Assembly: GCA_002269645.1 (NCBI GenBank)
Contig: NIVC01001111.1
Location: 248,001-312,000 of the forward strand
DNA length: 64,000 nt
Origin: Macrostomum lignano
Taxonomy: Eukaryota
Direction: 5' to 3'
Shown: positions 27,791-39,591 of the stretch, in pieces
How positions within the stretch are numbered: position 1 is the first letter of the stretch
Layout of the letters: the number at the start of each line of letters is the position of its first letter
Program-made: the position numbers and the translations under genes
The notes under the pieces: generated by a model
The model's database searches: none
Told to the model about the DNA's origin: nothing
What the model saw: only the letters and a program-made list of their open reading frames with translations

Positions 27791-29182
27791 ATGAACGACA
27801 GTTGCGCTGGCATTCTGAGCCGGCACAGCAGCAGTCTCAGCCTCAGCCTGGCATTCGTGCCCTATAGTGTGCACCTCGCCCGCACTCTGCTGCCGCTTTG
27901 GCTGGTGCTTGGCGTTCCAGGCAGCCTCCTCAGCCTGGCCGTCTGGAGCAGTCGCCAGATGCGCAGCAGCTCCAGCATCTACCTGTGCGCCTTGGCTGTA
28001 CTGGATGCGGCATTCCTGCTGATGCAGCAGCTGCCCTGGCATCTGCGAGAGTACTATGACGTTAGAGTGCTCGACAACCGGCCCGTCTGCTGGGCCTTCC
28101 CTGTCTACAGCATCTGGATGCAGTACCTGTCCCCGGCTCTGATTCTCGGCTTCACTGTTGAGCGCTACATCGGCATCTGCCATCCGTTCAGCAGCCACCG
28201 GCTCTGCACCGTCCGCCGGGCTCTGGCGGCCACCGCCTGCCTGTCTGTCGGCTGCCTTCTGGTGGCGCTGATGCAGCTCCGCTTCTATCACTACGACGCT
28301 AGCGTTCAGATCTGCACAGAGGACAAACGGATTCTGGAGGCTGGCACGATGCAGCACAGGTTCTACAACGTTTGGACGAAGATCACGGAAGTGCTGTTCT
28401 TCGCCGCAGCACCGCTGACTATTTTGGCCTTCAACCTGCTGGTGCTGGTGCAGGTGAGGCGGTCAGCGGCTAGCGGAGCGGTGGCCACCGTGTCCGAGCT
28501 GTCTGCGCCCATGCCAACGTCGGCGCAGCGGCGACAACCGACGGCAGCCACGGTGACGCTGCTGAGTGTCTCCTTCTACCAGATCGGCGCCATGCTGCCG
28601 GTCACCGCCCTGCTGTTTGCCAGCATCAGCCTGGTCAGCACCGACTTGGAGGGCCTCACCTGCAACCTCACCGACGCCCAGGTGCGCCAGCAAATCGATG
28701 ACGGCCAGCTGCCCCAGCTGCGCACCTATTTCACTCACCTGGCCGCTAGTCACATAGTTAACAGCCTGGCCGTCAGTCACAATGCGCTGAAATTCTTTGT
28801 CTACCTGGCCACCGGCGCCCTGTTTCGCAGGGAGCTGGCCAGGCTGCTGTGCACCCGGCGACTCGGGGTCGCCGCGGCTGCCAGCGTCGGCGGCGGTCAA
28901 GACCGAGCCGGCAGAGACGACGCCTTCATCGCCTCGGTGCAGCTGCCGTCCCGACGCACGTCGGAGCAGCGTCGACGCCTGCGTCGGTCGGTGCGCGGCT
29001 TTTCATCTGCAGCGCCGGCCGAAGCCGAGGCCGGCGACGACGCGGTCGATGCTGAGAAGAACGGAGCATCGGTGCTGTCGAAATCCGAGGAGAAGCCGCC
29101 GCTGCTTCTGCAGCCGCCACCGCATCCGACGCAGACTTCAATCGAGTTGGAGGGCGAGCAACTGCAGCTGTCCTGGGTCTAG
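27791..29182 (+). CDS. Rhodopsin-family neuropeptide GPCR, FMRFamide/myosuppressin-receptor-like, single coding exon
   Basis: Seven hydrophobic segments; SSSIYLCALAVLD (TM2), FTVERYIGICHPF (ERY), TM7 HNALKFFVYLATGALFRREL with helix 8. Confidence 0.92.
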   Translation: MNDSCAGILSRHSSSLSLSLAFVPYSVHLARTLLPLWLVLGVPGSLLSLAVWSSRQMRSSSSIYLCALAVLDAAFLLMQQLPWHLREYYDVRVLDNRPVCWAFPVYSIWMQYLSPALILGFTVERYIGICHPFSSHRLCTVRRALAATACLSVGCLLVALMQLRFYHYDASVQICTEDKRILEAGTMQHRFYNVWTKITEVLFFAAAPLTILAFNLLVLVQVRRSAASGAVATVSELSAPMPTSAQRRQPTAATVTLLSVSFYQIGAMLPVTALLFASISLVSTDLEGLTCNLTDAQVRQQIDDGQLPQLRTYFTHLAASHIVNSLAVSHNALKFFVYLATGALFRRELARLLCTRRLGVAAAASVGGGQDRAGRDDAFIASVQLPSRRTSEQRRRLRRSVRGFSSAAPAEAEAGDDAVDAEKNGASVLSKSEEKPPLLLQPPPHPTQTSIELEGEQLQLSWV

Positions 29183-29736
29183 AGGAGTCTTATCTCGGGG
29201 CCCAGCCGCAGATTCTTGACCCATTCCGCCGCCTCTTTAGGCGGCCTGCCTGTTCACATAGACGAGGTCACTCCGGCCAGTTTATCTGCATAACACAGTT
29301 TGCCAGACAAGATTATCCTAGTCAACTGTACTATAATTTCCATGTCTATAGCTTGAGGAAAATCTACCAAAGCTGTTTATAAACCATTAATTGTTTAACT
29401 GATCTAACACTAAAAATATCATGCAAGATTTCGTTGGTGTAAGCCTTATTTATTGCTTATAATTTGCACTTTTGATATGAGTGAATCAAAACGTTGGCAG
29501 CTACTACCGTCAGCACTCAGCTGCTTTGGCAGAAAAACTTCAAGTTAGGCCAAAAAAGAGATTTTTAGTATTTAGCAGCTCTCGTCTTCTGTCAGAGATA
29601 ATCTCAGAGATTTTGCTTTCCAAACTTAATCCAGACTAAGAAAATGCTATGGTGTTAACTTTTCTCTCAATTTCCTGTCTAGGCTGATTCAACTTCTACA
29701 AGCTAATTTTTTATATATTTCTATCCGCCTTGGCAA

Positions 29737-30435
29737 CTGTCCCTTCCTGTCTTAGTGTCTGTCCCTTCCTGTCTTAGTGTCTGTCCCTTCCTGTCTTAGT
29801 GTCTGTCCCTTCCTGTCTTAGTGTCTGTCCCTTCCTGTCTTAGTGTCTGTCCCTTCCTGTCTTAGTGTCTGTCCCTTCCTGTCTTAGTGTCTGTCCCTTC
29901 CTGTCTTAGTGTCTGTCCCTTCCTGTCTTAGTGTCTGTCCCTTCCTGTCTTAGTGTCTGTCCCTTCCCGTCTTAGTGTCTGTCCCTTCCTGTCTTAGTGT
30001 CTGTCCCTTCCTGTCTTAGTGTTTGTTCCTTCCTGTCTTAGTGTCTGTCCCTTCCTGTCTTAGTGTCTGTCCCTTCCTGTCTTAGTGTCTGTCCCTTCCT
30101 GTCTTAGTGTCTGTCCCTTCCTGTCTTAGTGTCTGTCCCTTCCTGTCTTAGTGTCTGTCCCTTCCTGTCTTAGTGTTTGTTCCTTCCTGTCTTAGTGTCT
30201 GTCCCTTCCTGTCTTAGTGTCTGTCCCTTCCTGTCTTAGTGTTTGTTCCTTCCTGTCTTAGTGTCTGTCCCTTCCTGTCTTAGTGTCTGTCCCTTCCTGT
30301 CTTAGTGTCTGTCCCTTCCTGTCTTAGTGTCTATCCCTTCCTTTCTTAGTGTCTGTCCCTTCCTGTCTTAGTGTCTGTCCCTTATTGTCTTAGTGTCTGT
30401 CCCTTCCTGTCTTAGTGTCTGTCCCTTCCTGTCTT
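29737..30435. repeat. 22-bp minisatellite (CTGTCCCTTCCTGTCTTAGTGT), ~31 copies
   Basis: Direct reading. Confidence 0.97.
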
Positions 30436-32606
30436 GCGCCAAAATCCAACAGCTACCCATGACAGCCCATGAGAGTCCGGGCCTCCCCAGCCCCAATCCA
30501 ATCTAATCCTGTCGGTAAAATTGAAAAGCCCCTAACCTTCCGCCTCTAAAATAATCTTCCATCTGACTCGAAGCCGGCGCTGACGCATCAGAAGCCACCT
30601 GACAGGCCAGTGACGGACGGCCGCCCGCTGCCAGGGCGGACAGCTAACACGCCGCACAGAATAGGGGAAGGCTAATCAGTCATTCGCTGACAGCGGGGAA
30701 TCTGTTGCCAGCTCATCTCTCTCGCTCTGTTTCTTTCTTTTCCCATCTTGACTTCAGAGGCCACTTCGCGTAGCGGCAAAAGGCCCGGCCAGCAGCAAGT
30801 CAGGCACCAGAAAGTACTTTCTATATAGGTTCAGTATAGGCCGGGGGTCAGCCAGCCGTGACCACCAATAACTCACGGAGCCCCCCCCCCTGCCTACTGG
30901 CGCATTCGAATGGCGAATGGCGTACGCACGTATGCTGGCGCATTATGGCAAGCAACTGCATATGCCAACTGAGCCGCTAGCCGGCTTCCCTTGAGCCTTG
31001 GGGATCGACTTTGCTTGATTGATTTTCATTTTCTTCTTCTCTTTCTCTAGTTGTAATTAACTAATAATAATATTATTATTACTAATATCATTATTAAGTT
31101 TGAAAACAGCGTGATTCACACCCATCATAGGCTAGGCTGGCCATGTAAAAATTAATCCAGGCAGGCTAAGCATTACTACGAGCGTATGTGGCCTTTCATA
31201 AATAAACATTAGCAAATGTCTGTCAGTACGGTTGCTTATTTACGAAGCCTTTAGCGGTTAAGCGGTTTAGTGGTCAGTCGTGTGGAAAAATGCCTAGCAT
31301 TATAATGTATACTTCAGCCTGCGGGCAGAAACTGCATGCATGCCAAACTGGTTGGGGAAATTGTTCTGCTAATTGGAGAATTCGATGAATTTTGGCAATG
31401 AAATCAAGTTCTGATTTAAAATAAAATGAGCATATAAGGTAAAGTAAAGTACATATTCGTCTGCGCAGAGATAAGTTGAGCTAAAGTAATAAAGGGAAAA
31501 TGTAATTTTCACATTCATTTAGATTATTTACCAGTAAAAGTTAAAAATAATTATAAGGTTTGTTTTAATCTTCATAAATTATTTTCCAGGAAACAAAATA
31601 CCCGTCCATCTACTTTCCTCAGGGGTCCCTGCCGGGCTTACTGTTATGAAAGCAGTTTGAAGTATAGCTCGTAAAAATCAATAATGTAAAAGACTTCCGC
31701 ATTTCAAACAACCCTTATAATATTTTAATGTTCAAAAGCTCATGGTTTCTTTAAGCTAAGTATGCAAAGCATTGCATTTCAAAACAACTGTTTAAAGCTT
31801 TGGTTTAGAATTGATCAGATCATTTCTAAGACAGTCGAGTGTAGCGGTCCTCTACTGCGGTTGTCCATGTGTATTCCCGTCCAGCTTCCAGGTGGTCCTT
31901 GAATCGACTACTATGAGTAGCTAACTATCAAGATAGCTATTGCTCAATTGATAACGCAGGTAAAGTCAATCATCTTCTTATCTCAGCAGTCTTTATCCAT
32001 AAATTTCTCTCTTTCCAAGCAAATCGTTTCTTAGAAATCTCCGTCTCTCTTTGACTTGCAGAAGCCGCAGAATTTATCGCACAAAGAAGCCCTAGAAATC
32101 CCGCCCATCAGATGATGACCAGTGACAACGAAAATGGCCCACTATGGATTAGTCAGTAATAAAAGATTAACCAGTTGCACAGAATGCCAGAAAGAAAATG
32201 AACCAGTATCTAGTCAATAATTCATGATAGAGATAAAGAGTTAATTGGAAAATGCTATAGCAAAAGAGAAAGTGCTGCGCAAGCCTCCTCAGGTCTCCTT
32301 TACGCAAGCAATTGCTCATTCTTGCCTTATCCTGCCTGTGTATGCCAGTGAGCTGCAGGAAATTTATTTGCTCTGTCCCTGTCTTGGCGTTGGACGGCTG
32401 CGCTGGGCGGGAATATTTATTAGCAGCAATACAGGCCTCAACAATGGCCTAGCAGATGCCAAAGCTAGTGAGCTGGCTTGATTTATTACGCAAAGAAAAT
32501 AAGAGTACTATGCATGCTATCTAGCATTGCCAAGCTCTCGTTTCCTGATGCAATGACTGTTGCGACTGTTAGAAGAGTTCGGTTGTGCTCTGCTTGCTGA
32601 GATTGA

Positions 32607-32985
32607 GGGGTAGCGGAGGGTAGCTATCTGAAGGACACTGCGGGTAGCGGAGGGTAGCTATCCGAAGGACACTGGGTAGCGGAGGGTAGCTATCCGAAGG
32701 ACACTGGGTAGCGGAGGGTAGCTATCCGAAGGACACTGGGTAGCGGAGGGTAGCTATCTGAAGGACACTGCGGGTAGCGGAGGGTAGCTATCCGAAGGAC
32801 ACTGCGGGTAGCGGAGGGTAGCTATCCGAAGGACACTGGGTAGCGGAGGGTAGCTATCTGAAGGACATTGGGTAGCGGAGGGTAGCTATCCGAAGGACAC
32901 TGGGTAGCGGAGTAGCTATCCGAAGGACACTGGGTAGCGGAGGGTAGCTATCCGAAGGACATTGGGTAGCGGAGGGTAGCGGAGA
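32607..32985. repeat. 32/34-bp minisatellite (GGGTAGCGGAGGGTAGCTATC[CT]GAAGGACACT[GC])
   Basis: Direct reading, ~11 copies. Confidence 0.95.
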
Positions 32986-33737
32986 GTCACTGAAGGACTT
33001 TGGGCAGTGGAGTGTCACTGATTTTCACGATCAAATTAAAGTTGAGAGCCATATCGGACACTTCATCCTAAGCAAGCAGGCATGTATTGCAGGCAGAAAT
33101 TTAAACAAATTGTACTTGTGACTGAGTCTTCTGATTGTGTCCTATCAATGCATCCAGCACTCCTCCTGTAATGTCACGATGTCACGGTCGCCTAGTTTTG
33201 CGACAAACATGTCATGTCTCTATGACTTCGTGTCTCCTGTCAGAGTGTAGAGTGAAGTTACCGCCAGACACCCAACGGTAGCCACCTGCTAGCCGCTGTA
33301 GTTTTCGTGTCAGATTTTATCGAGTCCAATCTTACACAGAGCCCTATAGACGCTACTGCCAGGCCAGTAAAAGCTAATGAATATTAATGGATAGGAGAGA
33401 CGCGAGCTCCAAGCTGCTTTCGGTTGGCACGCGAGCGAGCGTTTCTTGAAATTGCTTGTGCAAGAAGAAAGATAAGAAATAGGGAAATTCGAATAGAATG
33501 AACCAGAGGGATGGGGAGAGTGAATGGACTGCGAGAGGATGATCGGAAATGTCCGCTCGAAGCATGGAGAGAACGGAGGCCACTGCGTATTTGATTTTAT
33601 CTAGAAGAACTCTGATATTTAATATTTACATGCTATTGAACACCAAGTGCGCTGATCCAAAAGTTCATAAAATCTATTTTAAGCAGAGTCGATATCCTTT
33701 CAAAGGTGATAATTAATGCTCTCATTGCTAATGTGTA

Positions 33738-34376
<639 letters not shown>

Positions 34377-34627
34377 TTGTTCGGGCATAAATATTGTCAC
34401 TATTTTTTTCATTATCTATAAGAACCAATCAATACTGCTGTGAAACGCAGTCTTCATTAAGTACGCTCGTATTTAGTTACTTTAGAAAATTATTCAACCA
34501 TGATTAGCCAATGCAGCAACTCCTTTCTTCATTTACTTTTCAAGCCGCAAACAGGTCAAACGATTCGGAAGCTCGAATGTAAGCTTCAGCGCACAGTGAG
34601 TGCCGCTCCTGTTCTGACAGAGCAGCT

Positions 34628-36312
34628 TTGGCAATCTGCAATTCAAATTCTGCTGACCAGACTGCGTGCAACACTCGACTATATGAGGCCAGCGAGCCCC
34701 AGGCAAGCCGGCTGACAGCCATGCACAGCCCGGACAGCACGGAGGAGATCGGCCTCAGCCCCGTTGGCGAGGCTTCCAACCAGCGCCCCGGGCGTCATCG
34801 GCCAGGTCGACAGCAAAGTCGCGCACTGCGACGCGTGCACGACGGCCCGAGGCTGACGCCGCTGCCGGCGCTGCTGGCTGGCCCGGCTGGCGGCCTGGCC
34901 GGCCTCCTGCTGGGCGTCAGCCTGCGGATTCTCTGCGCAGACGTCGCCGCTGGCGGCCTGCTGGCCTGGGCGCTCGGCTGGCCCGGCCGGGCCTGGGCGG
35001 ACCTCCTCCGCTGCGCTGTGCTGCCGCAGGCCACGGTTGCCGCTGCCGCTGCGCTGCTCGAATTAAGTCTTGGCAGCGTCGCGGCGCTGGTCTTAGTAAC
35101 GGTTGCTATGCAGATGGCAGCCTGGATTCTGGCCACCGGGGCATTATGTCGCTGATGCTGTGGCTTCGGCCTGGACAGCTGAGAGTCGAGGACAGCAGCG
35201 GCGGAGGCGGCGGCGAGTTCACCTCAGGTGACACCCTGGCCGCCGCGGCCGCTATTCTGGACGTCCTGGGCGGTCTGCTGTTCCCCGACAGCTTGGCTGC
35301 GGCTGCCATGAGCAAGCGGCCCCTGAGGCTGCACGCTTGGCAGCTCCGCTGGGCCAATGCCAGCAATGCAACCAGCAGCGCCGATCCGGCTGACTTTGCC
35401 GTGTTCGCCCCGCCCGGTCCGAACTTGCTGGGCCTGCTGGCCGTCACAGGGACAGCCGTAGCCCTGCTGAAGCATCGCGACGTCCACGGCGACCTATTCG
35501 AAACGGTAAGAGCTCTGCGGAGTGCCGTCGCGCGCGCCCACCACTGCCTGCGCCACCTGGCGCCGTTTGGCTTTGCCAGCCTGGCCGCCCAGGCCGCGCT
35601 GGAGGCGCCGCCGCCGCCGCCGCTGGCCGACGTTGGAGCCAGCGTGCCCGGCCTGGCGCTGTGCCTCGGCCTGCTGGCGGCCTGGCTGCTGCTGCTGGGA
35701 CTCGCACTGCCTCTGCCGCCGCTGCTTGCCGCTTCCGGCGGGCGGCCCAGCCCCGTCCGCTGCCTGGCCGAGGCGCTGCCCGCTGCCGGAGTCGCCTTCG
35801 CCACGGGGTCCGGCGCTGCAGCGATCGGCGCCAGTCGGCGCTGTTGTCGCGCCCTCGGCGCCTCGTCAGCCATCGGCGGCGCGGATTTTCTGCTGCCGTT
35901 GGCCGCTTCGCTGAGCGCCGGCGCCGGCGCCTCCAGGCTGGCCGGCTGCGCCATCTTCCTGGGCCAGCGCAGCCTGGCGGCCAAGCTCGGCGCTGACGTG
36001 CACCGGCTCCTGGCGATCGCTGCAGTGGCCACGGCCTGCGCACTGGTCTCGGCCGGCTCTTCGTCTCCTGCGCCGGCCGGCCTGGCCGACCTTCGTCTCG
36101 TCCTGCTGGCCGGGGCAATTCGAGCCGACGAGCTGCACCTGCTGGCGCCGACCGAGAGGTTCGCGGCCCGGTGCTCGGCGGCGGTCGGCGCCCTGATCGA
36201 CATCGCCTGCTGCTGCGTTTCCGACCGGCTGCACAGGCGGTGGTCGAAGGCGGCTGACGGCGATATAGGAGAGGCAGAGGCGGAAGCCGACGTAGCAGAG
36301 GCTGAAGCTTAA
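34628..36312 (+). CDS. Highly divergent SLC1/EAAT (dicarboxylate/amino-acid:cation symporter) homologue, 1-bp frameshift at ~35138
   Basis: ORFs 34628..35155 and 35146..36312 join if one G is added to ACCGGGGCATT. By-eye alignment to EAATs: LGWPG..LLRCAVLP (FPG..MLKMLILP), WLRPG (IHPG), ILDVLGGLLFPDSL (LDLIRNLFPPNL), PNLLGL (NVLGL), LAPFGFASL (YAPIGIAFL), FLLPLAASL (VLPLGATI), AIFLGQ (AIFIAQ). Start could be 34628 or 34721. Confidence 0.75.
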
Positions 36313-37302
36313 AACTTTGACTGACTAACTCAGCGCCAAAGTCCAGGTTCATCGTGTATTAAATGGGCACGCAATCGGCATCAGAGGAAATAGCCAGCGA
36401 AACTTTGACAGCAGAAATGACTGAATTTGCTTATTGCAGCCTGCGGCTAGGTGCCCTTTGGCTAACAGCTGGCACTGCATTGCAAAGTGGCACAAATGTT
36501 TACATTGCGTTCTACTGACTAGAATCAGTCTTTGACTGCTGCTACAAACCTCTTGATTTGGCTTGGTAAAAGAAGCAATTTCGTGATCGCATCATTCATT
36601 GTGTGTAAAATAAAATTTTAGCTCAAGAATCTTGTTATTCAACTCCGAGCTCGTATAGATAATACAATTTTAATTTGCCTGTGGAATGATTAAAGAGAGC
36701 TCCTACTGACAAGTAGGCAGGAACGAATCATATTGGATAATGGGATGCGAATACTGTTGCACACTGACAGATCAATAGTAGTGCGAAACCACTCGGAGTG
36801 TGTATGGAAGAGCTGGGCACATGTTTAACCTCCATTATATTTATCGGACATTGGGTTATTGAATTTGAACAGCAAGCTCTTTAGGACTTGCTTACTGCAT
36901 CACCCAGGGACTCGGGACAGGAAACGGCCGAGTCATGCAAAAAAGTTTACGACTAAGCTCACCTGAAATGTAGTACACAGCGGCATTCTCATACTTTCTA
37001 AAAATAAATGTGCCAAAGTAAATGGTATATATTCCCCATTTATACCAGTGCTAAGGCAATATTTTTTGCCATAGACACTTGTATAAATGGGAAATATTTG
37101 ATGTATCCATCAGTTGCCATTTATTTGCGCTCAGTTCCATCACACACTGGAATGGTGCAATAGTGCATCACACACTGAAGCGACATAAACGGAAGCTTCC
37201 AAGCAAGCGAGTGGCTAAAAGAAAAGTCAGAAGTTCATGCATGCGATCTAAGAGCTACACTGAACACTGCATACCGGAGCCACGTAAACGGTTTTCTACT
37301 AA

Positions 37303-38482
37303 GTGGATTTCATCATTAAAATGCCTCGGTTGCTGATTGGATGCACTGCTCAGCGGATTTTAGGGTATTTCCTGTTAGCAGCGTTCAGTACAATAACTGC
37401 GAAGCTGTATTTTGATTACTTGAACGCACAGGTAAAGAAAAGTTTGCCATGGGAATCGGCTAGCGATAATAAACGTCCCATAACGCACCAAGGCTTCAGT
37501 GGGAAAAGCACGGAGAGCACCACTCAGCCCGCTGAGCTGCCCCAGCTGCCTTCCTCTGAGTTCTACATTCGAATGCTGAGCGCAAGGTCGCCGCCTCGAG
37601 GTGATCTGTTCGATCCGCAGATCAATGCGACTGAACTGCGAGCAACTGTCAAGCTGCTGTGGGCGTTTTTGGACCTGTGCAAACAGCACAACATCCAGGT
37701 GATGCTGTACGGAGGTACACTGTTAGGCTCGTACCGGCATCATGGCGTCATTCCATGGGATGACGATCTGGACATGCTGATGAGGGAGGCCGACAAGCGC
37801 AGACTTATTGAAGCTCTGAAGGGGTGAGTCTATCGACATTGCGTGCAACTATAGGCGTTCCTGTCATAGACGGTTGGTTAGTCAAGTCCTCGCACCCTTA
37901 GTAGACGTTCCTAAAAATGGTAGTCAAAAAAGACAAAACATCAACATCAACAGGCACCCGGACCTTCGCCTAAGGCAAGCTGGTCGGTGGAAAGTGTCCA
38001 GCAAGTCACATTGTCTTAACGTGGCCAGACACGGCTGCTGGCCCTTCATTGACCTGTCATTCCACGAGCTGGAGGGTGGCTGGGTTAATGACTTGCACGA
38101 CTCTTTTGGGAAGAAGTGCCGCTACCCAGAAAAGGTGACCTTCCCGCTGCATAAGAGGCCGTTCATGGGCCGCTGGGTCGACTCACCCAGAGATGCGCTC
38201 AACTTTCTATCCTACTCGTACGAGCCTTCAAACGCATGCATCAGCCTGCACTATTCCCACAAGTTTGAGCGCTATCCAAACGTTACATCGGTGTCAATCG
38301 ACTGCAAGGAACTCGCTCTGACCTACCCGTTTGTGTATCGCGTCCCGGACTCTGCTACCTCTCGTGGTGGCGTCTTGGAGACGCTGGTATTTTCTGACGG
38401 CGGACCGGTGTACACTGTGCCAGTTAATGAGCCAAACGGTGTGATCAACGCCATTTACAGCACTCTGTTGGTGAAGAATTGA
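37303..38482 (+). CDS. LicD/fukutin-related family phosphotransferase, type II membrane protein; exons 37303(or 37321)-37823 and 37870-38482
   Basis: N-terminal TM; [24 protein letters not shown] (LicD signature) and WPFIDLSF; 46-bp GTGAGT...CATAG intron (37824-37869) joins the two ORFs in frame. Confidence 0.9.
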
Positions 38483-39591
38483 GGCAAGAAGGCAGAGAGC
38501 GATACTACGAGTTACCGATTAAGTAGCTTTGGAATGAGCAAGGAAGATAAACTATAACAATAGGTCTGGGATAAAAACAATATGCTGAAGCTTAGCGATT
38601 CGTTTGCATTCATTGTATCATTTTGAGGGGCATTTTGGTTTTTAGATGTAAAGTAAATCCAATAGTTGCAAGCATATCCAATATCCTATCGTGCCGATGA
38701 CGAGGTCAATAAACGTGGCACGAAAGCATTTTTTGCTATAACACTTGCATAAAGGGGGAATACTTCTTTTTCCGTTCAATTTCAACAACCCTCGCATTCA
38801 GTTTCGGCAAGCTGACATTCAATTTTATCACTCTACGCTAGTATATTTAGCTACTTCAACCGTCATTCAATTTCGGCAAGTGGCATTCAATTTCGTCAAT
38901 TGGATATTCTATTTCATACCATAGTGAGGGCGTTACTTCTGTCTATGGACAAAGCTTGTTCCTGCATGCAGATTTCCCATTCAATTTCGGCATGCTGCAT
39001 TCAATTTCAGCACTACATTTTCGGCGCGCTTTTTTAGCGTACTGTATTAATCTTAAACAGCCCCCTCTTAAACTGACAACAAAAGCACTGCTCTCCAAAA
39101 TCGGAGTGGCCTGTACTAAATCTAAAACTAGCGTCCACGCAGCTGCATGGCCGCCTCTCTGTCGTAGTCATACTTTTCTCACCGATAGAGCCAATCATTG
39201 TAGACAGCGCGTGTGCGTGTTTTTTCGGATGTACTTTTCCACAGCGCTTGCCGAGTTGCCGATTTCCCGAGTTGACACTGAAGACCAACTCAGCTCGGTT
39301 GTCATGATGACTCTTAGATTTTTTGCCTATGTTAACAACCAAGGCAAAAGTGAATGACGACATTTAAAAAACGCACTGAAGAAACGGTCAAGCGTATGGA
39401 ATGCATGCAAGAAAAGCTGAACCATTTTTTCCATTTTTTTGCGTAAAAACCTTTACAAAAACGAGTACTTGCTACTGACAAGTAGTAGTCTAAAACTGGA
39501 CGGCCACTCTCCCCTTTACAAGTCACAGATTTTCTGCCTTGCGCTCCTGATCCGTAATGCAATTCGTTTGGCTAAAATCACGAGCTGCTTG

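Noticed and set aside
32245-32481. ORF with LILPVYASE, faintly like RTE LINE remnants
   Set aside because: Too short and degraded to support.
33167-33336. Possible solo LTR (TGTAA...TTACA)
   Set aside because: No matching TSD and no second copy in the window.
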